Of a DNA stretch of 64,000 bases, positions 38,614-49,810 are shown one piece after another. Source of the stretch: Lama glama (Eukaryota); assembly GCA_028534125.1 (NCBI GenBank), contig CM052818.1, forward strand, positions 31,560,001 to 31,624,000, read 5' to 3'. The notes beneath the pieces were generated by a model. It made no database searches and was not told the origin of the DNA. It was given only the letters and a program-made list of their open reading frames with translations. The translations under genes were made by a program, and so were the position numbers. Numbering within the stretch: position 1 is the first letter of the stretch; the number at the start of each line of letters is the position of its first letter.

Positions 38614-41600
38614 AGCGTGCACACCTCCGTAGGCACCTCAGGCTCTGTCCACAGGGATCAGCCGCTGAGCTTGGCGCTGCCCACACACCTCGGGCTAATG
38701 CTCTCCTACTGACAAATTAGAGCTTATAAACAGGGCTGTTTCTGGAGAAAATACTTAGGAACTTGGGAAAACCAAGGATGCCTCTCCAATCCAGGGTAGA
38801 CAAGTGTTTCAAGCTCTACAGAGCAAAGGCAGACAATGAATCCAAGACATATTATTAATTCTGCCTGGAAACTACCTTCAGGTTCACGTTAGGAGAAAGT
38901 CAGACCTAGAGACCAACCCTCTCTGGATTGAGGCTGGTTAACTGCCCTCCTTGCTCAGGCCAATCCTACTTTGGCTGAGAGGTCCAGAACCTTCCCTCCC
39001 GCTGGCTCCAATACAATTCCTGGCCAAGCTGCAAATAGTCAGCGTTGCTCCAGCCAAGTGCTCAGGTGCCTCTTCTATACAGTTTACCTAAAAGGAGCTT
39101 CTGACAGTGCAAGGCAATTTATTCTACCAGGGAGGGGGCTGAGGGAGCCCCCAAACTTCCCTTGAGGTCAAAGGCTAGCTGGACAATGGTCTGGAGAAAG
39201 TTTAAACAAATTTTAATTTTTTTCTAAGACAGGTCTGTGCAATAAGGGGCCCTCCCCCAGACGAGGAGAAAGGAGCAGACACAGGATTTGACTGACTGAC
39301 AGAGCATCCTCCTGAGCCGGGCTCAGGGACAAGGGAAGGGTGGGTGGCGAGGTGTGAGGCAGCCAGTGGGGCACAGCAGCTAGGAGACTGAAAAGGAGCG
39401 AAGCCCTGGCAACTCTGAGCCCCACACAGATGAAGGCCTGTCTTTACCCTCCGAGGATTTTATTTCAGGACTTGGGCCTGAAAGATCATTTCGGGACATT
39501 CACTAGACACCCAAGAATAGCTCTTGGCTCCAGTCACAAGATTTACCACCCAAACTCATCCCTTTCCCTAATGGCCCAATCCTCCTCTCTATCCAACTTG
39601 GGAGACTGGATTGGCATAGAGAAAATGCTGATCCTATAAAAATCCATGCCATGGGATGGCCAAGGTAGAGGGATAATTCTCAGTGCAGGAAAGGGAGAGC
39701 GGAAGGGTCCAATCAATCACAAAGCATCATTAAGCAACGATTTGCAGGACACTGCACTGAGCATTGTGGGAACAAAGAGCCGTCTAAGACACAGAGCCGG
39801 GGTCTGTAGAGTGATGAACGCACCACCGATGGAGAGGCCTCTGGCCTAACACAGGCCCTTTGAGAGAAGGCCAGGCTGTGTGGCTCTAGTGTGTGACACG
39901 CTGCCTTGGGAAGTGAAGCGAGCTTGTTCTCTCCCTGGCTGTGCTACAGACTCACTGTTGTGACCCCGGTGTGCGTATTGGGGGGGGCCATGGGAATAAT
40001 TCCAGCCCTCTGCAGGCCCTCACCCAGTGGCGTTCTAAAACAGTGAACACCAAGTTTGTACTGAGGCTTTGGGCACTGGAAGGGAGGTGCTGGATCCCTC
40101 ATACAAAGTAGACGAGACCTTACCAACGTGGGCACTGACTCAAAAAGAGGCAGCACGTGCAGATACAGGCCTAATGCCACTCAAAGAAACAGGCTCCTTG
40201 TGCTTCTGAACTGGGTGGCCTAATCTGCCTGTTTTGCATCACATTCTTATGAATTGTACTAAGCAGGGAGCAGGGGGACGGGGTAGGAATAGGAGAAAGA
40301 AAACTCCAGTAATGTGGCGTGTCCATGGCTGGACGTCTCCTGCCAAGTGCTTTGGAATTTTAGCTTTATGTCTCTCCAGGGACAACTGAGGCTTTTAAAG
40401 TCTGATGTGAAAGATGATTTCCTGGTGAATGTGGGACTTCTGTGCAGCTGCTCAGTAGGGCCTCCAAAACTCTCGAGAACAAGTTGGGTACCCAGCTGTG
40501 GGTAGCCAATCAGACAAGGGCACAAAGATGAGGACATGAAGGTAGTGGATGAACTCCACCTGGAGTGGCCTTGTGAGCAGGGGCTTGTGGGAGACGGAGC
40601 AGAGATGCACTCAGGAACCTCAACCCACCAATGATTTCAACATCTGCATTTACACAGGTGGGAACAGGGAAGCCAGGCTCAGGGGGTCTCGTAAAGAAAA
40701 GCTCAGCAGAGATAGGAGTGAAGAGAAAGTGTTTCTGAACTGCTGCCTGACCTTAGCTGTTAAACTGAGCCTGTTCTTTGAGAGAGGAGTTGCTGCTTCT
40801 GAGAAGGAGTGAGGAGGGGAGATGAAGGAGTTGGCTATTGCTGGGCCTTGAAGATGGAAAAGGCAGAGGTCCCGTCTGGGGAGGGGCTAGCTCCCAGCCA
40901 GCACGGTGTTTTGAACCCACCCTAATGCAGAGCCAAAACAGAGGCTCAGACTGCAAGAAACAAAAGAAAGGACTGTGGCAGGAAGAGGTCACCCACCACT
41001 GTCCCTCCTCCCTATCATATAAAACACCAAGATACCCCTCCCCCTGTCTAGAGAAATGCATGGGAAGACGCAGGGAAGATCTTAGCTCTGCAGATCAAAA
41101 GCAAGGCCCAGGACATGGGACACTGTGGCGCGTGCAGAATTAGCACCTCTGGTTTACAGTGCATCCTCCCTGGCTTCCCCCTGCCAGCCTGACTGGTGGA
41201 TGTCAAATGGTAGGAGTATGTGACCAAGAACAGCAGGAGGAATACAATGGGCGACCAGTGAGGGACATGTGTGCTGATCAGAGAGGAATTTAGAGAGCCT
41301 CGGGAAGGGTAAAAGTTATCATCTTGGTCCAGTTGCTTTAGAAGGGACAGTTTTAAATAAAAACCATGGAGCCAGATCTCTGTCTAGAACTTAGCATGGG
41401 CGATAAAACTGCAGAAGCCTCAGCATGCTGTGCTGTGCTGGGGGAAGTGAGGCAGCAAGGTCAGACTATCAGAGCCCTTGGGTTGTGGCAGCATCAGTGT
41501 CCACAGGCAAACACTTAGGACCCTTCCCCATTCAGGGCCCAGACCATTCGGGCACAGCAGGGAAGGAGACCCAGCCAGCGAGGCATTTGGAAATGCCACA

Positions 41601-44600
41601 TTCTTAGAGCCCCTGGAGTCAGAGGAGGGCCCTGCAAGGCAGCCACTGACCCGCCTTCTTGAATTAGGAAAAGTAAGAAGGCATTAGGCACAGACATTCC
41701 TGTCCCATGAGCCGGAGAACAGGAGGCCCACAGACACAGCGTGGGGAGGGAGCTGCAGACAGCAGGGACATAAACATCCTCGTGGAGACCCTCCCACTAA
41801 GCCCCATGAGCTGGCCGCCACCCACATCCCGCCCAAAACGTACTCAAGACTTTCTAGTAACCGTTTACTCACCCACCCGGCAAGGTGTCATAATTCATGC
41901 CAAGTGAGAGTGCCAACATGGATTTTGCATATTGAATTGACTCTCTAAATAAATGTTAAGATGACACAAGGCACTAGCTCTGTTGATTTTTATACATGCT
42001 CATAAAATGGCACTAACTTCCTAAGCACAAGAGATAGAGCTTACCTGAATCCTTCAGGGGATAAAAAGACATCTATCTGAGTCTGAGAAGGCCCTTTAAA
42101 AATCCTATGGCAGAGGGGAAGGTGGCCAGCTTTAGAATCAAGAGACTTGATTTCACTGAGACAACCACCATCCACTTAGCACCTGCTCTGTGAAGGCCTT
42201 GGGCCGGCAAGCACCGTGGGTTGGGGAGGGGTATTAAAGGGGTGATGGCTGATGCACACAAAGAGAGAATAAGTCATCCCCTGCCCTCAGAGACCTGGAC
42301 AGGGAGAAGGTCAGGCAGGATCAGGGCAGCATCATTTAAGCTCAAATGCCACAGGTGTTAGAAGAAGAAAGGTCACATCTGGCACAGAGAAATCGGGAAA
42401 GCTTCATCTGGGTAGGTCCAGAAGGTGGGGGGATGACTGACCAAGTTCAGTGTGCCTATTTATTTTACAACCTTGTTTCAAGGTCAAACCACAAGTCTGA
42501 GATTCTATTTCATCTGCCAAGTCAAGATTGATGTCTCCTTCCCACTTTTAGTTCCTTGGAAAAGCAGGTCGCAGTAAAAGCCATGTACTATTATTACCCT
42601 CAGGACAAATGCCAAGAACAGAGCTTGGAGACCTCCCACCCCAGATCTGAGCCCAGCCTGAGCATGCACAGTGAACAGGCTCTGGCCAAGTGCAGCTCCA
42701 ACCAATCCCCAGAGCTCTGGTGGGAATGTGTTTAATTGGATGGCACTGGCTTTGAGTGGGTCTAGAGAATATCAGTCATATGACAATTGTCAGAGTAGCT
42801 CTCTGCAGAGCCCTGCAGCTGGCCTAAACAGAAGCAAGTCAAGCGGTATTTGAAGGTGCAACAAAATTAGAGATTGGAGGTGCCTTCTCAAAGTCCTAAT
42901 TTTCTTTCAACGCCCAGCCCCAGTCTGACTGCCTTTTCCCAAGCCTTCTGATTGCCACACATGCCTGGGTTGACCGTAGCTTTGGTATTGTCCCACCAGA
43001 CTGCCTGTGCTCCAGTTATGTAGATACTGGTTTCCCACATGGGCCCTGGACCCTCCCTAAAGTGCCCAGCATAGCACGTTACATACAGCGAGTACCCAAT
43101 AAATGTTGCTTGGTTGAAGATAACCACCTCCCCCTTTTCTTTTCATCAGGCAACCAGAAGAACTTTCTGAAATCCTGTGACAAAATCTTGTGACAGAGTG
43201 CTTTGAAGTTCTAGGTAAGATATTTTGGAACTGGGTAGTAGCCACCACTCAGGTAGCAGGGACAGATTTCCTGAGAGAAAACTGGGCCTTCACTCTAGTA
43301 CCACAAGGGAAGATTTGAGGGTCCTTTTCTTAGGCAGCAACAAGTTATTTCAGGAGCACAGAAGTGATTTTATTTTCCTCCTGCCACTGCAGCCCCAAGT
43401 CAGCTGTCCTCACCCAGCATTGCAGCCCCTTCTCCATCATCACCTGCAATAATCCTCAGATCCAGTAGAATGATCTGAAAGTGAAGAAAACTGCCCTGTA
43501 GGACCTGGCCCTTTATCCTGGGACATGTTCAAAAGGAGAATATAAAAAGCATACACAGGATATATCGAAGGCTGTGTTTGGAAAGGTTCTGTGATGGAAA
43601 TCTAAAGCTCAGAACTGAAAAAAAAAAATCTCACCTGTAGCCACAAAGAGATTCAGTCTGATTCAGCGGCTTGGAAACTGGTATCCAAAAACACCCCAGC
43701 CAGTGGGTCAGGAAACTTCTACCCTCCTACAGGCTGTGGGCCTCCAATTGCCCCTCTCAGACCCACTGTGGGGGCGGAAGGTATAAAACCAACCAGGAAA
43801 GGGTATTCCCCCTCTCCCCCTGGACCCCATCAGGCTACCTAATACACATTTCCAGCCAGCCAAGGTGCTTAGCCACATTGACACACAACAAAGGGGCCTT
43901 CTTGAACCTCCCCAGCATGTCTGAGGTGACTCTGCTGTCACCGGCCAAGCTACCTTACCCAACCTTAGCTTTCATGTCACCTCCCTTTGATCACCCTCCC
44001 TCCATCACACCCACTCAGCTTCCTAGTTTCTACTTCTTTTACAAAACAAATGGCCCGGGATGGTCATAAGGAATGACTACCCAGAGCCAGTCTAGATTCT
44101 AGCCAAGACCCAGCCCCAAGGCACAGACACGTGATACATCAGAAAAGCGAGGCTTTGGAGTCCAAGACCCAAGTCATCCACTCAGTCTGAGTCTGTTTCC
44201 TCATCTGTGAAATAGAACAAGAATTCCCACCTCAGAGCTACAGTCAAGAGTGAATGAGTAACGTTTGTAAAGGGCATGGTGGGCATTCAGTTACTATCTG
44301 CTGAATGAGCCCATCACACCTATTTATCTTCCCTGGCCAGCCATCCTGCCCAATTTCCCTAGTTCCAAAGTCTTTGCTTAAAAACAGACTCTTTCCTCGC
44401 CCAAATGTAATAACCTAGACACTCTCCTTGGAAATCTGAAGACAGCTCACTGCCCCAGATGTATGTGAAGGTCTCTGCAGTCAGCCAGGGGCAACTGAAA
44501 AGCACATGGCCAGCCAGAACCAGCACTGGGCTGAGAACCTGAAGGGGTTACTTAGGTCACTTGTTTGGTCCTTATGCATTCTGGATCCACAACACAGGAT

Positions 44601-44904
44601 GATCTCTAAGCTGGATTCCGGCAATCACATCCCTGAGATAGCTACCCTTTGAGGAAAGGTCTCCTCAACTCTAAGTAGTCTGAACATTAACCCTGTTGGA
44701 ATCAGTTGGTCAACCATCAACCAGAGGAAGAAAGAAGCATTTGACACAGCCATTCCTCCACCAGACCACCCTTCTCCATAAGCTGCCCCTCACAGTGATG
44801 TTGTCATTGCCCAAGGCACAGCTGGAAAGGGAAGTTCTGGTCTGAACTGACTGCACAAATCACTTCCCCTTTGCCACTGTGAGGGGGAGAGTCCACAGCA
44901 ACCA

Positions 44905-45140
44905 GGACAACTAGTTAATAACATTGCCTCATGCTTGCCAAACACTCACTGTGTCCCAGGCACTATGAATGCCTTATACATGTCATTTCATCATGTTGAA
45001 TCTCACCACAATTTAGATGAGGACTATTGTTGCCCCATTTTACAGAGGAAGAAACTGAGGCTTACTGGCATTAGGGGAGTTTCTCAAGGGCACATAGCTC
45101 TTACAAGTGGCACTGGGATATAGAATCAAGTCTGCCTCCA
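44905..45140 (-). mobile_element. MIR SINE
   Basis: ccccattttacagaggaagaaactgaggc MIR core. Confidence 0.75.
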
Positions 45141-45198
45141 GCCCTGGCATAAGCCACCAGGCTCTTAAGAGCCAGAAGGAAGCCAGTAATGAACTCAC

Positions 45199-45301
45199 CT
45201 GGTAGGAAAGGCCATCCTTTCGGGGGTTAAGGCCAATCTCCTCCATGGATGGAGTGTTCATCATCACCTCAGTCATCTCGGCCGATCTCAGATAGTCAGG
45301 G
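45199..45301 (-). CDS. LBH: LBH coding exon 2 (C-PDYLRSAEMTEVMMNTPSMEEIGLNPRKDGLSYQ)
   Basis: TTCTTGGCAG acceptor, 103-nt exon, CAG|GTGAGT donor. Phase is compatible with exon 1 (26+103 = 129 nt = 43 codons). Visible inside track ORF 45040..45348. Confidence 0.97.
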
Positions 45302-47892
45302 CTGCCAAGAAACCCAGAAAAAAAGTCAACAAACACACACACTTTCACATTCCTACTCTCGGTGGTGCGTCCTGCTCTTAGAGCAGGGGACTGTCCGGAA
45401 GCAGGATGAGAGGTGTTCGAAACAGAACTCTCAGAAAAACAAGCTCATGCCCCGAGGAAGCACCTTACAAGCCCAGAGAATCAAGCTCTCAACCTCTACC
45501 AACAAAGCCCATTGTCTGAAAACCACTCTGCAAACCTCCTCTTCCCTCCTCTCCTGTACTTGTCCCCACTGGCACAGAGTGACTCTGGATTTTCTTTTAA
45601 GTGACAGAACTAGAAAAAAAACAAAACAGTAGGTAGCTGAGGCCATCTGTCTATATTAACACCAATTCAACCCGTCTCTAGGGGAACTGAATATTATTAT
45701 TACATAATGATAGCAGGTCAACCTCAGGGAAACCAAGTTCAATAATGCTGCCTTCCTAAATTTCTGTCTCTCTGGTGTTCCTTTTTGCAAAATGTCCCAC
45801 TTAAAGCCCCAAGGGGTAAGCTCTCTGCAAGCTTCACATCTGCAATCCAACCCCCTTCTCCAGCCCCAGCCACAGCAGCTGCAGCTCACAGCTTGAAAAA
45901 CATCCCCTGGATTAAAAGCCTTAAGGATGCCTGGACTCTGATTGCAAAGGAAATTTCCAGAGGGGCCAAGCTGGCCCACCAATGGCTGACATGTGAAAGT
46001 GCTTTGTACTTCATAAGCAGGATACAAATGCTCCATTATCCTCACACAAGCCATGGGCACATACAGGGTCCCGAATGTGTAATGCCAAGTAGCACATACC
46101 AAAGTCAACGTACCGGCCACATAACATCCAGTATTTTCACCATCATGCCTTTACACGTGGTTAAAAAAAAAAAAAGTAGGATAGGCTTTAGAAAGACTAA
46201 GGAAACAGGAGTACCAAACTCTTCTTCATTTTATGGCTCCTACATAGAGTAGAAACGGCATTGGATTTGGAAACAGAAGCGATAGGTTCTGGTCCAAGCT
46301 CTGCCAGTCAAGTGCAGTGTGATCTTGAACAAGTCATATAACCTCTCTGAGCCGCAGGTACCCTGTTAGGCTGTTACCACGATACTAATTATGCATATCT
46401 CACAGTTGCTAAAAGACTTATCTAGGGGGAGAGCATTGCAAACTGAAATGCTCATCAACTGTAAAGTAATTCCAAACCTTAATCTCTCAGGGGACGATAA
46501 CTCTGATAGGCCCTAACACCCATTTTAGCAAGTTTTGAGTGGCCAGGGGCACACAGCGTCCAACGGCCTTCCAAGTCTCACCCATATGGTACCTGGCTGC
46601 TCACATACCACGGAGGGAATGGAGGGGCGCTCAGAAGAAGAAGGACACTGCAAGCCTCAGGGGCGAGGAAATTTTCACTTTGTTTTGAGAGTTCAGTCTC
46701 CTCTCTGAAAAGAGCCAGACTAGGATGGGGGAGGGAAAACTAAGAGAAGATGCTGGGTTTCCGGGCAAGTTTAAGGTTGGGAGTCAGGACTCCGAAGTCC
46801 GTTTCCTCCTGAGTCATGGAAAGGCTACCGCCGACCCCCAGAGAAATGGGCCAGAAGAGCGCCCACCGGGCTCTCTCCAGGCTTTTAATCAGGTTTCAGG
46901 GCGCTCACTTCTCGCTCCCGGCTATGCGCGGCCGCGAAAAGTTAAAGCAAGAAGCATGAACTTTCCGGTTCCTGTGCTGAGGAGGACTGCGCGGAGCTGG
47001 AGCCTGCGGGGCCCTACTTTCCGCGCCGGCACCTGAGAGCGCGCTCTGGGGCCGCCAGCGCTCGCCCCTCGACCGCTCTTCCTCTTCCCTAGCGCAGGGA
47101 GGAAGCAGCAGCCTGCGCGCAAGTCCCAGCGGCCCGTGGCCTCGCTCTGCAACGAACCGGACGCCCAGAGCGCATCCCTCCCAGCCCCAATCGGGGTTGG
47201 GTGCAAATCTCGGCCTTCCCCCGCTCGGCCAGGGCCCCTTCCAGCCGGGCCCGGTGAGGGCGGCTCCTCCTCAGCCCGGGCCCCTATAAATGCTCGTCGG
47301 GTTTAGGGGCCATGGAGAGGAAAGGGATCGAGAGGGTGCAACGACAGCTTGTGCTGCTGCTTGTGGTTTCAGCCGGGTTAATTGTGGGGAGAGCGTTTTC
47401 CCCCACCCCTCGGAGCTCTGCAAACGCCGCCGCTGCACCAGCTCAGCCCCTCTGCCGCCGGCCTCGACGCCGAGACTTGCATGCAAACAAAAAGGAAGAG
47501 GGGAGGGGCCCAGGGAGAGCAGGAGCCCCTGCGCCAGGCAGGGTGCGCGCCTCCTGCAGCCCTCCGCATAGGGGGTTTTATTAACTGGATTCAGCTGTGA
47601 TCCCTGGTTCCGCACCACCCCCCAACACCACCACCACCATATACACACCCTCCCAGCTGTCACTTAAGTGAGGGCTTCGAGTTCACTTCCTTTGTCTGGA
47701 TGCTCAGCACCACCTCCCCCCACCCCCACCTTTGCAACCTTGACGTTGACTCCTGCACGGGCTTCGGCAGCGGTTTAATGCCAGGCGCCCTCGCCGCTCA
47801 CTGCCCTCGCACCCGAACCGGTGCGAGCAGGCGCCCGGGACCCGCAGCCACGGCCACGAGACAAATGCCCGCCGAGGGCGCTGGATACTTAC

Positions 47893-47918
47893 CAGTGAAT
47901 GGGGAAATATACAGACAT
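47893..47918 (-). CDS. LBH: LBH coding exon 1 (MSVYFPIH + TG of Cys9)
   Basis: Minus strand reads ATGTCTGTATATTTCCCCATTCACTG|GTAAGT (26 nt, consensus donor). An in-frame TAG lies 9 nt upstream of the ATG. Matches the recalled LBH N-terminus MS(I/V)YFPIHCPDY. Confidence 0.96.
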
Positions 47919-48125
47919 GAAGTCCTAGGGGAGCCTGACCCACGCCCTTGTGATTTAAAAACGGTCACTGCGTCCCGTGTAAGGATGTCACGGGCGCAGA
48001 CAGGCGCGGCAGGCAGCCGAGTGCGGGCACTGGGCGTTCGCCGGTCCGCCTCCTGGAGACAGCCCCACTGCCAGCGGCGTCAGCAGAGAAGACGGAGCTC
48101 TCGGTTCTCCACCGAGCTCGCAGCC
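47919..48125 (-). other. LBH: LBH 5' UTR (TSS estimated ~48120-48125)
   Basis: Lies between the TATA box (~25-30 nt upstream of the estimated TSS) and the ATG. No upstream ATG seen. Confidence 0.65.
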
Positions 48126-48147
48126 CCACAAAGGGCCCAGGAAGCCG

Positions 48148-48221
48148 TATTTATAGGAGCGGGGGCGGGGCTCGGCCCCGGGAGGCCCCGCCCTCTCTCG
48201 CCCACTCCTGGAATAACGTCA
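48148..48221 (-). promoter_or_regulatory. LBH: LBH core promoter: TATA box, GC boxes, CRE-like site
   Basis: TATAAATA on minus (48155-48148); GGGGCGGGG at 48162-48170; CCCCGCCC at 48186-48193; TGACGTTA on minus (48221-48214). Confidence 0.8.
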
Positions 48222-49780
48222 CCAAAATCATGAATGGCTTCGGCGCTCTCAGCTTCGGCGGGCGGCGGCTCGGGGGCGCGCTAGGCTCCGCTCCCCGAGA
48301 GCCGTGGTTTGCTGTAGCTTCTAGCCCGACCCCCTCCCCACGATTCACACAGGCAGACACGCGCGTGGACACGCGCGCGCACACACGCACGCAAGGGGGC
48401 CGGAGTTCAAAGTCAGCGCCGCTTCGCGTTTACAATCCCACCCGCGTCGGCGCCCCTCTCCCTGCACACACCCCGGGGGTGCTTGGGGGCAAAGGACGTG
48501 GTGTGAGGAGGGCGCCCGGGCAGGCTCCGCTTGTGACCGCTCAGCGGCCGCCCTACGCCAGGGAAGGGCGCCATCCCTTAACCAGCGCCCCCTTTTCCAC
48601 CCACTAGCAGTCTACAGCCCCCACCTCGGGACTCCTCTTCAGCGTTCATCCCCCAAACTAGGCCTCTCCCAGGCATCCTCGCTCGCAGCACCTCGATCGC
48701 TGCGCCCGAGGCACGTCTCCTCTACCCCCAGGAAACTGAGTGGAAATGAGAGCACAGCTAAAACAAAGAGGCGGTGGGAAGGTGAGAAGGGAAGCAGAGC
48801 TGGAGGACCTTATGGCCCTGGGGTCGCGTTAGCTTCCAAGGAGCTGGTCTGCAGCCCTGAGAGCCGTGGAGGGTCTTATTTGTATAAGAAAAGATGTGTT
48901 GTCGTCGTAGGGTTTTTCCATTGGACAAGTACACCCAGCCTGCGGCGGGTGTCTTGGGATGCTGGTGGACGCCGCGCAAGCAAACTCCACCAGCTTTGGC
49001 TCCCAGATCTGCTCCAAGAAGAAGAAACAAAGAGCTTCAGCCGAACCCCTCCCACACTGCCCAGGAATTGCAACGCCAGGAGTCTCTCCGGGCGGTGCGC
49101 AGCCCCTAAAGCCCGGATGGGAGTCTGCCCCTCTGTGGCTGGAGTGCGTTGCTTCACACCTCTGCCTCAAGACTCCTCCTGTAAAATGTCTTTATAACCC
49201 TGACCCAAGTGTGTCCTCGCGACAGAGGAAGTGTGTGTGTGGGTAGGGACGTGGCGGGGATGGTATCCAAAACTAGGCAAAATTAAGTGTGCATGGAAAG
49301 GTAGGGAATGTGTTGAATACATATATATGTGTTTAAAGGGGGAAATATCAGCCTATCTCAGGTAAAAAGGATAGGATTTATGGCGAGGGTTTGACACTGG
49401 CAGGGCTATGAGGAGACCCTCATAATTTTGATCAGCCCACCCAAGCCAACACAAATAAGAATAATAGATAAGAATAATCAAATTAAAACCAACTTTGCTA
49501 TTTTTTACACTCATTCATATATACAACCTGAATAAAAACAGTGTACTTCCCATGAAAACGCAGCTTCAAGACCAGACCCCGGGTTTCTCCCTCCAACCAG
49601 AGAAATTCAGGAGCTTCTCGCCACAAAATAAATCAGAAATTGATTTGTGCTGCCAAATACGACCTCCACTCTGCTCCTCTGGAGGTAGAGTCCTGATGGT
49701 GGGCGATGTTTTTCTGTGGACAGGTGCTATGGCGGGGCGGGGGCGAGGAGTGGGCAGAGGGGTAGGGGTAGGGGGTCCGG

Positions 49781-49810
49781 TGTAGCGCTACTGCCGACAG
49801 GGGGCGCTGT
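49781..49810 (+). promoter_or_regulatory. Candidate CTCF binding site
   Basis: CCGACAGGGGGCGCT resembles the CTCF core CCASYAGRKGGCRSY, with a TGTAG upstream-module-like motif starting 13 bp before the core. Confidence 0.6.

Larger units (their letters stand above)
46850..49000. promoter_or_regulatory. CpG island over the LBH promoter, exon 1 and start of intron 1
   Basis: Visibly GC-rich with dense CpG (gcgcg, cggcg runs), against a CpG-depleted background. Confidence 0.9.

Noticed and set aside
45040..45348. 102-aa ORF as a stand-alone gene
   Set aside because: Only 45199-45301 is real (LBH exon 2); the flanks are intron read-through into a MIR.
47700..48233. 177-aa plus-strand ORF across the LBH promoter
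   Set aside because: Arg/Ala/Pro-rich, as expected from stop-poor CpG-island DNA. Worth revisiting only if the antisense promoter at ~47.3 kb proves active.
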